Source: an uncultured Nitrososphaeria archaeon
GTDB taxonomy: Archaea; Thermoproteota; Nitrososphaeria_A; Caldarchaeales; Wolframiiraptoraceae
Direction of reading: 5' to 3'
DNA length: 64,000 nt
Assembly (NCBI GenBank): GCA_964655015.1
Contig: CAZZKR010000007.1
Coordinates: 511-64,510, forward strand
Shown here: positions 9,750 to 19,136 of the stretch, one piece after another
Layout: each line of letters opens with the position of its first letter
Position numbering within the stretch: the first letter of the stretch is position 1
Program-made: the position numbers and the translations under genes
The notes under the pieces: model-generated
What the model was told of the DNA's origin: nothing
Databases searched by the model: none
The model's input: only the letters and a program-made list of their open reading frames with translations

Positions 9750-10817
9750 TTAGCTGTTGGTAACTTTAGGTTTGAGTCGACCGAATCTTTTGATGTAAGA
9801 GAGTGGGTTTTTTATTTTACCACAAAGTCTGCCCTGTTCTATACATAAACCGTGCGTTTGCATCGTGCTGCATGAAGGTGACATGTACTTCGTCCTGCTG
9901 CCCCTCATGCCCGCTATGTGCTCAATCTGGTACCTCGTAATCTTCTCGTCAAAGTCGCTCCTGTTAGCGTAGATGCTTACAATGTCGTCCACATTCATGC
10001 CAATGTTAAGCAGAAAGGATGCGAATGCAAAGTTGGCAAAATGTGATAAACTTTCCCCTTTGGTGAGATTTTGGTGAAGTGCCTTCATGCATGGTGGCCA
10101 ACTACTTGGTGATAAACCGGAGGCGAGCGTCTCTATCTTATACTTTCTCGCAAGCAGTTTATCCTTCTGCTCCTTTATGAAATCTCGCATATAATCGGGC
10201 GGTCTAACGTTACCTATCGCTTTTATCCTTGTTATTATGTATCGCTCGATCGAGCTCCTCATCAGCCTTGCCAGCTCTCTTTGAGTTATGTAGACATAAC
10301 CATTTTCCAAATACCTATTGACAAGTTTCCACTCATTTGCGTTAAACTTGGATGCTTCTCTAAGGTAATCCATAAAATGTATCATAAGTTCGTAATCTCT
10401 ATCAAGCTTCTTTCTTACTCTCTTCAAGTCGAGACCCAGTTCTTCTGTAGCCAAAATCTCGACTATCTCCAACCGTTCCTTCGAGATGAGAGTTTCAGCC
10501 CTGATGGCCTCGGTTAGTCCAAATCTTCGCGATGCAAAATCATCGTCAAGAGCCGCGATCATGAATGTGGCTAATGGAAACGACAAAAGTTCGACCTCCA
10601 AGTCTCTATCCATAATGGCCCCTGCATCACCGACCTCATACGACCTACCACCTCTTTCTAACGCTTCCTCGACCCTAAATTTCGCCCTTTCATAAACTCG
10701 GGCGAATTCTGGATTCCCTAGACTTTCTATGTCTATACGAAGTGACGAAACGTAATCCTTGGCAGCCTTCGTGAAGGGATACTTCGCCATCATCTCAAGG
10801 CTTAGCAGGATGCTCAT
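9750..10817 (-). CDS. priL: DNA primase large subunit
   Basis: AKYPF...WKLVNR.L.NGYVY...PPCM...H...F...D....YQIEHIAG..G....Y..PSC..M...GLC. Confidence 0.95.
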   Translation of the reverse strand: MSILLSLEMMAKYPFTKAAKDYVSSLRIDIESLGNPEFARVYERAKFRVEEALERGGRSYEVGDAGAIMDRDLEVELLSFPLATFMIAALDDDFASRRFGLTEAIRAETLISKERLEIVEILATEELGLDLKRVRKKLDRDYELMIHFMDYLREASKFNANEWKLVNRYLENGYVYITQRELARLMRSSIERYIITRIKAIGNVRPPDYMRDFIKEQKDKLLARKYKIETLASGLSPSSWPPCMKALHQNLTKGESLSHFANFAFASFLLNIGMNVDDIVSIYANRSDFDEKITRYQIEHIAGMRGSRTKYMSPSCSTMQTHGLCIEQGRLCGKIKNPLSYIKRFGRLKPKVTNS

Positions 10818-10844
10818 TACCTTATTCTAACCTGAAGGACGTAT

Positions 10845-11429
10845 TTAAGTTCCCTTGGACCCTTGGGCCTCTATAGCACGTTGTAAAATATCGCGAAGGA
10901 GCTGGTCTTGCGAACTATTTAAAAACTCCTCCCAGAAGTGCTTTAAGGCTCTCTTGAGGTTGCTATTCTTTGTGTATCTGACGGCCTGCATGGCCCTTTC
11001 AAAACGGTCCAGCTCTTTTACAAGTTTCGCCTCGACCGTGGACTCGGTTTTGTATTCCTCCCATAACTCAAAATATTTTTTGGCAAGAGCAGGCGGTAAG
11101 AACGATAAGATGCGCTCCGTTGCCTTATGCTCTTCCTCCACGGACTTTTCGATGCCAAGTTTGGCCCTGTCTTCCGGTGTTAAATCACCGACTATCGACT
11201 CACAAAGGTCGTGTAGCAACGCTATTCTAACAGACCTTTCGGCATTAAGACCTCTCAGGTCAGCCATTACCATAGATAGCAAGGCTAGGTTAAAAGAGTG
11301 GTCTGCGACCGATTCAATCCTTTGTATTCCCTTCTTCATCCAACCCCGTCTCTTTATCTCCTTTAGAGTGTAAACATATTCTAGGAATTCCAACAACCGT
11401 TCCGGCTCGGGTTCCGATAAACTCATCAC
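10845..11429 (-). CDS. HD-domain phosphohydrolase (YfbR/HDDC2-like)
   Basis: LK...R.GW...ESVADHS...ALLHDLCE...GD...EA..VKELD..E. Confidence 0.9.
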   Translation of the reverse strand: MMSLSEPEPERLLEFLEYVYTLKEIKRRGWMKKGIQRIESVADHSFNLALLSMVMADLRGLNAERSVRIALLHDLCESIVGDLTPEDRAKLGIEKSVEEEHKATERILSFLPPALAKKYFELWEEYKTESTVEAKLVKELDRFERAMQAVRYTKNSNLKRALKHFWEEFLNSSQDQLLRDILQRAIEAQGSKGT

Positions 11430-11503
11430 CTATCACCTGTTCACCGGTTTTGGTTTCACTAAGACTTTTATAACAAACAAGAGCTAGAATTTTAGGCATA
11501 TAT

Positions 11504-11959
11504 ATGCTAGACGAGTTGGACTTGGCAATAATACGTGAACTGATTAAAGACGGAAGGGCATCCTACAGGAGCATAGCAAAAAAGCTCGGAATATCTGTCG
11601 CGACTGTGGCTTCAAGGGTGATGGCTTTAGAGAAAGATGGTATCATCAAAGGTTACACGGCCCTCGTTGATTATGAAAAGCTAGGCTACGAGATAACAGC
11701 CATAATAGAACTGACAATCTCTAAGGGGAAGCTAATAGAAGTTCAACGCCAAGTGGCTGAAAAACCTAACGTGAGTAACGTATACGATGTAACTGGCGAG
11801 AGTGACTCTATAATCGTTGCAAGGTTCAAGAATAGGGAGGAGCTTAATAAATTCGTGAAGTGGCTCCTCTCGATGCCTTATGTCGAAAGGACTCTAACGC
11901 ATTTAGTGTTGAGTATAGTAAAAGAAGACCCTAGGTACCCCTTGGGGGCTGAGGAGTAA
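11504..11959 (+). CDS. Lrp/AsnC family transcriptional regulator
   Basis: LDELDLAIIREL.KDGR.S...IA..LG.S..TV..RV..LE..GIIKGY HTH plus RAM domain. Confidence 0.95.
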   Translation: MLDELDLAIIRELIKDGRASYRSIAKKLGISVATVASRVMALEKDGIIKGYTALVDYEKLGYEITAIIELTISKGKLIEVQRQVAEKPNVSNVYDVTGESDSIIVARFKNREELNKFVKWLLSMPYVERTLTHLVLSIVKEDPRYPLGAEE

Positions 11960-12031
11960 TAGAAAGTATTTATCTTGCCCCTTTTGGTGTGTTATCGATA
12001 AACTTTCCTTAACGGATGGCCGGTGCTAGAG

Positions 12032-13015
12032 ATGGGCCATAGGAAGTACTCTGCGCCAAGGAGGGGGTCGCTGGCATTCTTACCTAGGGGCAGGGCTAGC
12101 CGCTTAGTTCCTAGGGTGAAGTATTGGCCTGAGTATGAAGGTGAGCCGAGACCTCTGGGCTTTTTAGCATACAAGGCTGGCGTAACTTCAGTTTACTATA
12201 TAGATACGACACCCAACTCTCCAACCCAGGGGATTGAAGTACAGAAGCTTGCGACAATACTCTCAGCACCGCCCGTGATCGTCGCAGGCATAACCCTCTA
12301 CAAGAATGAGGGAGGGAAGTTGGTCGAGTTGGTAAAAATATGGAGTAAGAATCTCCCTCCCGATATTAAAAGAAAGATACCCACGCTCAGGCCAAATGAA
12401 GATAAAATGTTGAGTCGCATAGAGGAGTTCAGGAAGGACGTATCCGAAGTCAGGCTGATAATAGTATCTCAACCTAGACTCGTCAGACTTCCTAAGAAAA
12501 AACCCGACATACTGGAAATAAAGGTCGGCGGTAACGATGTGCAAAAATGCTTAGATTATGCGCTCTCAAAACTTGGCAAAGAGTTGTCACCCTTTGAGGT
12601 ATTCCGAGAAGGTGAATTTGTGGATGTTATAGCAGTCACAACTGGGCACGGATTTCAAGGCGTAGTCAAGCGGTACGGTGTTAAGATACTGCCTAGGAAG
12701 TCCAGGAAGACAAAGAGGGGCGTCGGTGCTATCGGGCCTTGGAAACCATCATACGTTATGTACACCGTTCCCAGAGCTGGACAGATGGGCTTTCACCGTA
12801 GGACGGAATTCAACAAAAGGATACTCAAGATAGAAAGCGATGGAACAAAGCTCACACCGAAAAGCGGTTTTCACAAGTTTGGAATATTACGTAGTAGCGC
12901 AATAGTATTAGAGGGGAGCGTTCCTGGTACGCCAAAAAGACCCATCGTGTTAAGGATCGCGGCAAGGCCACCTACTCATCAAGAGCCGCCGCGTATCACA
13001 TTGATACAGGTGTAA
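12032..13015 (+). CDS. rpl3: 50S ribosomal protein uL3
   Basis: HRKYSAPRRGSL.FLPR...YKAG...DVIAVT.GHGFQG.VKR.G...PRAGQMGFHRRTE.NK. Confidence 0.97.
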   Translation: MGHRKYSAPRRGSLAFLPRGRASRLVPRVKYWPEYEGEPRPLGFLAYKAGVTSVYYIDTTPNSPTQGIEVQKLATILSAPPVIVAGITLYKNEGGKLVELVKIWSKNLPPDIKRKIPTLRPNEDKMLSRIEEFRKDVSEVRLIIVSQPRLVRLPKKKPDILEIKVGGNDVQKCLDYALSKLGKELSPFEVFREGEFVDVIAVTTGHGFQGVVKRYGVKILPRKSRKTKRGVGAIGPWKPSYVMYTVPRAGQMGFHRRTEFNKRILKIESDGTKLTPKSGFHKFGILRSSAIVLEGSVPGTPKRPIVLRIAARPPTHQEPPRITLIQV

Positions 13016-13019
13016 GCGT

Positions 13020-13853
13020 ATGAGTATCACATCTTCTTTGCTAATTTCCCAAAAAGGGCAAAGACCCAAGGTTCCGGTACTGAACCTTGAGTGTAAAGAG
13101 ATTGAGCTTGTAGAGTTGCCAGTGGTCTTTGATACACCGCCGCGTGAAGACTTAGTCAGAAGGGCATACATTCATTTGTTGACACATACCCTACAGCCAA
13201 AGGGCGCTTCGAAGGCTTCTGCTCACAAATATTCTGTGGAATCATGGGGAGCAGGCTATGGTATGGCAAGGATATCAAGGGTTAAAGGTGCCGGTACGGG
13301 AAAAGCAATGTCGGGCGGTTTTGTACCTTCCGCTGTTGGCGGCAGACCCACGCATCCACCAAAACCCGAGAAGAAAATTTACAAGAAGTTGAACAAGAAG
13401 GAGAAGCTCATAGCCTTGCTCTCTGCGATTGCTTTTACAGCAATACCAGATGCGGTAAAAGCAAGAGGTCACAAACTACCCGATAATTTGAAACTTCCGA
13501 TAGTCGTTACAGACGATATTGAGAACGTTAGCAAAGCAAAAGATTTGAAGAAATTCTTAGAACTGTTAGGCCTTAAAGAGGAACTAGAAAGGTGTGAGGA
13601 AAGGAAAATTAGGGCCGGAAAGGGAAAGATGAGGGGTAGAAGGTATAAACGTAGAGTCGGTCCGTTGATAGTGTGCATGAATGATAAAGGCATTAAAAAA
13701 GCAGCTTCAAGTATTCCTGGCGTTGAATTTACTAAGTTGAATGAATTGAGTGTACTACATTTAGCACCTGGAGCAAAGCCCGCAAGGCTTGTGATATGGT
13801 CGAAATCAGCACTACTATCCCTTGACTCAAAATTGGAAAAAATCTTAGCCTAA
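13020..13853 (+). CDS. rpl4: 50S ribosomal protein uL4
   Basis: S.ESWG.G.G.ARI.R...GG...HPPK...RAGKGKMRGRRYK...GP...LAPG..PARL. Confidence 0.97.
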   Translation: MSITSSLLISQKGQRPKVPVLNLECKEIELVELPVVFDTPPREDLVRRAYIHLLTHTLQPKGASKASAHKYSVESWGAGYGMARISRVKGAGTGKAMSGGFVPSAVGGRPTHPPKPEKKIYKKLNKKEKLIALLSAIAFTAIPDAVKARGHKLPDNLKLPIVVTDDIENVSKAKDLKKFLELLGLKEELERCEERKIRAGKGKMRGRRYKRRVGPLIVCMNDKGIKKAASSIPGVEFTKLNELSVLHLAPGAKPARLVIWSKSALLSLDSKLEKILA

Positions 13854-13884
13854 AGTTCAGAAAAAGGACAGAAGGAGTCAATAC

Positions 13885-15078
13885 ATGGAACAGCTGATCT
13901 TCTTAATCGTGACACTTGTAGCAATACTTATCGCGATCACCGTCTTCAAAATAAATATCGGAATATCTCTGTTTTTGGGCACCCTGTTATTCGGTCTAAT
14001 AAGTCAACCACTTCCCGATGTACTGAACACGATGTTTTTAACGCTCATTAATGAAACGACTGTTTTACTGCTAATAATCTCGATAGAGATCGTTTTCTTT
14101 GTGAATATTTACTCTGCTACAAAAATGATTGATGAGGCTCAGTCCTACCTCATAGGAAAGATTCGAAAACCTAAACTTATTGCCGTGATGATTCCTTCAT
14201 TCTTGGGCCTTCTACCCATAGCGGGTGGTGCCCTTCTCTCCGCACCATTCGTTGATAAGATCGGTAACGATCTTGGGCTAAGTAAGGGCGAGAAAGTTTT
14301 CATAAATGTATGGTATAGACATTCATTACTTTTTGCTTATCCAATGAACGACGCTCTCATACTTGCTGTCGCCTTAGCTTCCATTAAACTCTCGGATCTA
14401 ATACTGGTTTTGCTTCCCTCAATGCTCATAATGTTCGCATTTGGATATCCATTACTCATAAAAAGGAAAGGATGCACAAACGCAAAGTTTGTCGAGCAGC
14501 GCTCTAGTGGCGTGTCGCTTATCCCATTTATGTTAGCGGTCATTACTGCTACAGTTCTATCAACGGTCCTTAACATGGGATTCTACGGAATAGTCTTAGG
14601 GACTATGGTAGGTATAATTAGCGCATTGTTGATAGGCAGACCAAAGGGCACGAGTATCGTGAGGTCATTCATGGATAAAAGAATGTTAACGATAGCGCTC
14701 GTGCTTTACTCTGCCATGTTGTTAAGGGGATTTATCGCAAACACTAGCGTACCGGTATTGATTAATACACTTAGTCTTATGCTCCCACGGCTCATTATCG
14801 AGGTGTTGCTTCCATTCTTTTTAGGTTACATGTTAGCTTCGATATCCGGAGCCATTGCCCTTTCGTTCGTAACATTCGCAGCAGGGATGACACTAACCGT
14901 GTATGAGGTTGCTTTAATTTATGGCTCCGCATTTATAGGTTACACAGTTTCGCCGTTTCACCTTTGTCTTGTTTTCACAGCAGAGTATTTAAAAACCAAC
15001 ATCACGAGTGCTTACAAGTATATGCTACCTGCAGCTGCCGTAACAATACTCTCTTTAATCGCCTTAACGTTCATTTAG
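13885..15078 (+). CDS. DUF401-family multi-pass membrane protein (possible transporter)
   Basis: About 11 hydrophobic segments; GLLPIAGGAL.SAP, N.W.RH and SP.HLCL motifs. Confidence 0.75.
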   Translation: MEQLIFLIVTLVAILIAITVFKINIGISLFLGTLLFGLISQPLPDVLNTMFLTLINETTVLLLIISIEIVFFVNIYSATKMIDEAQSYLIGKIRKPKLIAVMIPSFLGLLPIAGGALLSAPFVDKIGNDLGLSKGEKVFINVWYRHSLLFAYPMNDALILAVALASIKLSDLILVLLPSMLIMFAFGYPLLIKRKGCTNAKFVEQRSSGVSLIPFMLAVITATVLSTVLNMGFYGIVLGTMVGIISALLIGRPKGTSIVRSFMDKRMLTIALVLYSAMLLRGFIANTSVPVLINTLSLMLPRLIIEVLLPFFLGYMLASISGAIALSFVTFAAGMTLTVYEVALIYGSAFIGYTVSPFHLCLVFTAEYLKTNITSAYKYMLPAAAVTILSLIALTFI

Positions 15079-15083
15079 CGTTA

Positions 15084-15650
15084 CTACCCTCTCGCACTTA
15101 ACATCCTAACCGATGAGATAACAACCCACGTTGAAATCGTTAGGGATGATATTAGTTCCGGAATGGCCACACCTTTCCACGGAAAGAGCCAAACCACTAT
15201 CGCCAAGACTGCCAACAATAGCATCATAATACCTATCGTTATCGAACGGGGATGGGAGATTAAGCTACATATCCCAAAGGCTATTAATGTTAGCGCTACA
15301 AAAACAAAGAACGCGACCGAGACGTAGTAGTGAATTATTCCTGCAGTCTCCGGAAAGAGCCCTACCATGAATAACGAGATTGTGCTCAGTGCATAGAGCA
15401 TAACACTGACCGCACCCAAAACGCCCCTATGAAGTCTTTTCAGACCTATTGCAAAAACGAGTGCCAAAACCGAAGATGACATTAACCCTAAATTGAATAT
15501 AGGGCCAGAGGGGTATCTCGCACCCAAATCGCTTAGAGCATTCTCTACCCAACTAAACCAAGGGGATACTGAAATGCTTAGCGCTATGGAAGAATATGCA
15601 ACCACAAGGCTTAGCAAACCAATTATTCCGAATACTTTTAGGTTGGGCAT
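15084..15650 (-). CDS. DUF998-family membrane protein
   Basis: PWFSW..NALSDLG...FN.GL...G.FPE...H..VS..FF; about 5 TM segments. Confidence 0.8.
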   Translation of the reverse strand: MPNLKVFGIIGLLSLVVAYSSIALSISVSPWFSWVENALSDLGARYPSGPIFNLGLMSSSVLALVFAIGLKRLHRGVLGAVSVMLYALSTISLFMVGLFPETAGIIHYYVSVAFFVFVALTLIAFGICSLISHPRSITIGIMMLLLAVLAIVVWLFPWKGVAIPELISSLTISTWVVISSVRMLSARG

Positions 15651-15775
15651 ACTATGAGGAAATATTAGGGAGGAATTAAATTTACTTACCTCCGAAGAAA
15701 TCTTAGGACTTCGTAAGTGGCCATTATACCAAAAAATAAGGTATTAATCAGTGCTATGTTTTTTCAAGGACAAAC

Positions 15776-16750
15776 ATGGAGTACATCGAGCTGGGGAAAA
15801 CCGGTTTCAAAGTCTCTGTAATAGGACTCGGTACTTGGCAAATAGGGACGAAACTCTGGGGATGGGGCACAGATTACGATGAATCTGATGCTATCGCTGT
15901 GATACACCAAGCCATAGATTTGGGAATCAATTTTATAGATACCGCAGAAATATATGGTGGAGGGAAATCCGAAGAAATCATTGGCAAGGCCATAGCTGAG
16001 AGAAGGGACGAGGTCTTTTTAGCCACGAAAGTTTGGGTCACTAATCTTTCGTACAACAAAGTTATCAAAGCTGCTGAGAGGAGTCTTAGGAGGCTAAGGG
16101 TTGATGTAATAGACCTTTACCAAGTACACTGGCCCAACCCTTTTGTTCCTATAGAGCGAACGATGAGAGCAATGGAAAGGTTGGTAAAAGAAGGAAAGGT
16201 GAGATGTATAGGTGTTAGTAATTTTTCGGTTAACCAACTGAAAAGGGCGCAAGAAGCACTTTCCTCGGAAGAGGTCGTCTCAAATCAAGTCGAATACAAT
16301 TTACTAAACAGAAAAATCGAGAAGGACCTGCTACCTTATGCTAGACGGGAAAAGATTACGATTATAGCCTATAGCCCCCTAGCTAAGGGCATACTGACTG
16401 GAAAATACGCTCCCGGAAACGTCCCTAGAGACATCCTGAGAAGAATCGACATCCTATTTTCCTCTGAGAACTTGAAAAGGGCAAATAAAGTCCTCGAAGT
16501 TTTGCATGAAATCGCTGAGCGGCGAGGTAAAGCTGTGTCACAAGTTGCCCTTAATTGGTTAATAAAAGAACCTACAATCATCGCAATACCTGGCGCAAAG
16601 AAGCCAACGCATGTAAAGATAAATGTTGGCGCTGTTGGATGGAAGTTGACTGAGGAAGAGGTAAAGAGAATAGACGAGGTGTCAAGTTCGTTCAAACCTG
16701 AAAGATTAAAAAGCTATCTCTCCATACCTTTTAGATTGTTTAGATTCTGA
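15776..16750 (+). CDS. Aldo/keto reductase
   Basis: LGKTG.KVS.IGLGTW...GINFIDTAEIYG.G.SE...DLYQVHWP...IGVSNF...NQVEYNL...AYSPL. Confidence 0.95.
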   Translation: MEYIELGKTGFKVSVIGLGTWQIGTKLWGWGTDYDESDAIAVIHQAIDLGINFIDTAEIYGGGKSEEIIGKAIAERRDEVFLATKVWVTNLSYNKVIKAAERSLRRLRVDVIDLYQVHWPNPFVPIERTMRAMERLVKEGKVRCIGVSNFSVNQLKRAQEALSSEEVVSNQVEYNLLNRKIEKDLLPYARREKITIIAYSPLAKGILTGKYAPGNVPRDILRRIDILFSSENLKRANKVLEVLHEIAERRGKAVSQVALNWLIKEPTIIAIPGAKKPTHVKINVGAVGWKLTEEEVKRIDEVSSSFKPERLKSYLSIPFRLFRF

Positions 16751-16802
16751 ATATTTTAAATAGTTAAATATAGTCGGCCAGTTGTATTTGTCGGAGTAAA
16801 GT

Positions 16803-17165
16803 ATGAGTGTAAAGGACGAAGACATACAGCGCATGTCACAAGCTTTGAAGTCTGGGGCAAAGTTGACGTCTGAAATATGCCCCGTATGTTCGAGTCCAAT
16901 TTTTGAAATAAAAGGGGAGCTTTGGTGCTTAAAATGTAACAAAAAGGTTGTTAAGATAAGAGAAGAGTCGGAGATCGCAGGCGCCGTATTGCCCTACATA
17001 TTAAATAATTTAAATGCGGCTATTGTTGAGAAATTGGAACAACTTTCTGCTACCCTCTTAAGACTTACAGACCCTTCAGAGATAAAGAACGTAGCCGATA
17101 CACTTTCTGTCCTCTTGGGAGTCCTTTCACAAAGTGAAAGCTTAAAAGAGAAATTGCGAAAATAG
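16803..17165 (+). CDS. UPF0148 / Sjogren autoantigen-like Zn-ribbon protein
   Basis: MS..L.SGA.L....CPVC.SP.FE..G..WC..C followed by a helical tail. Confidence 0.8.
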   Translation: MSVKDEDIQRMSQALKSGAKLTSEICPVCSSPIFEIKGELWCLKCNKKVVKIREESEIAGAVLPYILNNLNAAIVEKLEQLSATLLRLTDPSEIKNVADTLSVLLGVLSQSESLKEKLRK

Positions 17166-17477
17166 GTGTGAAGTTTTTAGAGTTCCCATGTCTTCGCTTT
17201 GTATTACAAAGATGTTCATCTTGTGTTTAAAGTTTGAGTATGCTATAGTATATATTGGCATTATGTGAAACCACGCCTGTAAGAAGTCATGGTTATGATA
17301 TGCAGCCATGTAACCAATTTCTGATTATTTTCGGATTAGTGAAATTCGCATTACCCATTTTTTGTATAAAATCTTTATTGTTAGATTGTATGAAGGGTCC
17401 GCCGATCTAATAGTTCATGTTTTCACAACATCATTCACAGACCTTCATGGACGTACCTTATACGTTTTCAGTCCACT

Positions 17478-17500
17478 TTCCATAGGAAATAAAGGGGTGT
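17478..17500 (+). promoter_or_regulatory. Origin recognition box ORB-1
   Basis: TTCCATAGGAAATAAAGGGGTGT resembles the archaeal ORB pattern TCCA-N3-GAAA...G-string. Confidence 0.85.
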
Positions 17501-17651
17501 CTAAATTTTTAGTTGTTAACTGTGAACAACTGATATTATTGGATTTTTCGCAAAAATAGTCGAAAATATGGGTTTATTTGTAGTTTGGACCTTTATATGT
17601 TCTCAATTTGTGAAGTTTTCATTATTTTATTGGATTTTACTGGGAAGGGAT

Positions 17652-17674
17652 ACACCCCTTCATTTCTCATGGAA
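17652..17674 (-). promoter_or_regulatory. Origin recognition box ORB-2 (inverted)
   Basis: Reverse complement reads TTCCATGAGAAATGAAGGGGTGT, 20/23 identical to ORB-1. Confidence 0.85.
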
Positions 17675-17825
17675 GTCAGGTTTTCATTCTTTTCTTCTTT
17701 GCTGTGCTCTATTCTTAACAACAGTAGAAAAATTTGTTGAAAAAAATAAACCAAGAAATTTTTTCATCTAATCTCTAAAGACCGTACAGAGAGTAACGCT
17801 TTGTTCAAAAGAAAAGTGAGAAACA

Positions 17826-19100
17826 ATGAACAGAGAGTCAGATTTCCAATGGAAGATATGGGGTGCCCGGCTAGACCCGTTATCCGACCTCCTATCCACC
17901 ACCTCTAAAAAAACAATATTTAAAAACAGAAACGTTTTGAGGTCGGACTATCTACCCGATAACTTGCCACATAGATGGGAACACATCAGGCAGCTGGGCG
18001 AGATACTTGCACCAGCGCTTAACAATGCTAGACCATCAAACGTCTTTATATATGGAAAGACAGGTACGGGTAAAACAGCTGTAGTTAAGTACACCTTCAA
18101 ACGTTTTAATGAGGAAACGCTTCGTAACAATCTACCGTTGAAGTTCATATATATCAACTGCCGGATGGCCGGTACGGAGTATCGAGTACTAACAGAGCTT
18201 TGTTCGGCAATAGGGCAAAAGGTACCCTTCACAGGTTTGTCAAAGGCTGAAGTATTCAACAGGTTCGTATCAGGTCTTTCATCATCTAATCTAATGGCGA
18301 TAGTTTGTTTAGATGAGGTTGATATTCTCGTTAAAAATTTTGGCGATGACTTGCTTTACGAACTCACAAGAGTTAATGAGTCCCTCAATAATGGACAAGT
18401 AGCCCTCGTCGGAGTTTCAAACGATTTGATGTTCAAAAATATGTTAGACCCTAGAGTGCTGAGTAGCCTAAGCGAGGAAGAGATAGTCTTCCATCCGTAC
18501 ACAGCCTCTGAACTCATGGATATATTGAGTGAGAGGGCTGCTCTTGCATTTAATGAAGGCACGGTTTCCCAAGACATAATAGCGCTATGCGCAGCGCTTG
18601 CAGCCGCGGAACATGGTGATGCTAGAAGGGCTTTAGATTTACTAAGGGTGGCTGGCGAGGTAGCAGAAAGGGCAGGAGCTCAGAAAGTTGAAGAGAAGCA
18701 CGTGAGGATGGCTCAGGGAATAATTGAAAGGGGTAGGATCTTTGAAGCATTATCCTCCCTCCCGCTACATAGTAAGTTAGTTTTACTTTCTGTGGTGCTA
18801 GCAATGAAAAACGGGAGCGAAATAACTTCAGGGACCTTATATACAATCTACAAAGAGTTATGCGAACTAATCGGTATAGAGCCATTAACAGACAGAAGAA
18901 CCAGCAGTCTATTATCAGAGCTGAACATGTTAGGGGTATTAGATTGTGAACTCGTGAGTCTCGGAAGATACGGCAGAACCAGAAAAGTGTTCCTTACGCT
19001 ACCTTTAGATGAGGTCGTTGGAGTCTTCGAGAAGGATGAGGTGCTTTCGAACATGTTAGGTTACGTGCCCGCTTCCCTTAAAAAACAACGTAATACATAA
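17826..19100 (+). CDS. cdc6: Orc1/Cdc6 replication initiator
   Basis: IYGKTGTGKT Walker A, CLDEVD Walker B, LDPRV.SSL, GDARRALDLL, C-terminal wHTH GRYGRTR. Confidence 0.97.
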   Translation: MNRESDFQWKIWGARLDPLSDLLSTTSKKTIFKNRNVLRSDYLPDNLPHRWEHIRQLGEILAPALNNARPSNVFIYGKTGTGKTAVVKYTFKRFNEETLRNNLPLKFIYINCRMAGTEYRVLTELCSAIGQKVPFTGLSKAEVFNRFVSGLSSSNLMAIVCLDEVDILVKNFGDDLLYELTRVNESLNNGQVALVGVSNDLMFKNMLDPRVLSSLSEEEIVFHPYTASELMDILSERAALAFNEGTVSQDIIALCAALAAAEHGDARRALDLLRVAGEVAERAGAQKVEEKHVRMAQGIIERGRIFEALSSLPLHSKLVLLSVVLAMKNGSEITSGTLYTIYKELCELIGIEPLTDRRTSSLLSELNMLGVLDCELVSLGRYGRTRKVFLTLPLDEVVGVFEKDEVLSNMLGYVPASLKKQRNT

Positions 19101-19136
19101 AAATTCTCTTTCTAGTTGTCAAAGGTAGAAACTTAG

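Larger units (their letters stand above)
17166..17825. other. Probable chromosomal replication origin (oriC) upstream of cdc6
   Basis: 660-bp AT-rich non-coding gap containing two inverted ORB-like boxes around a T-rich spacer, directly before cdc6 and DP1. Confidence 0.85.

Noticed and set aside
17288-17316. Short inverted repeats TGGTTA/TAACCA and CATGG/CCATG left of ORB-1
   Set aside because: Only 5-6 bp arms, expected by chance in AT-rich DNA.
17362-17771. Two short ORFs (65 and 67 aa) in the origin gap
   Set aside because: Low-complexity Phe/Leu-rich translations of AT-rich DNA overlapping the ORB boxes.
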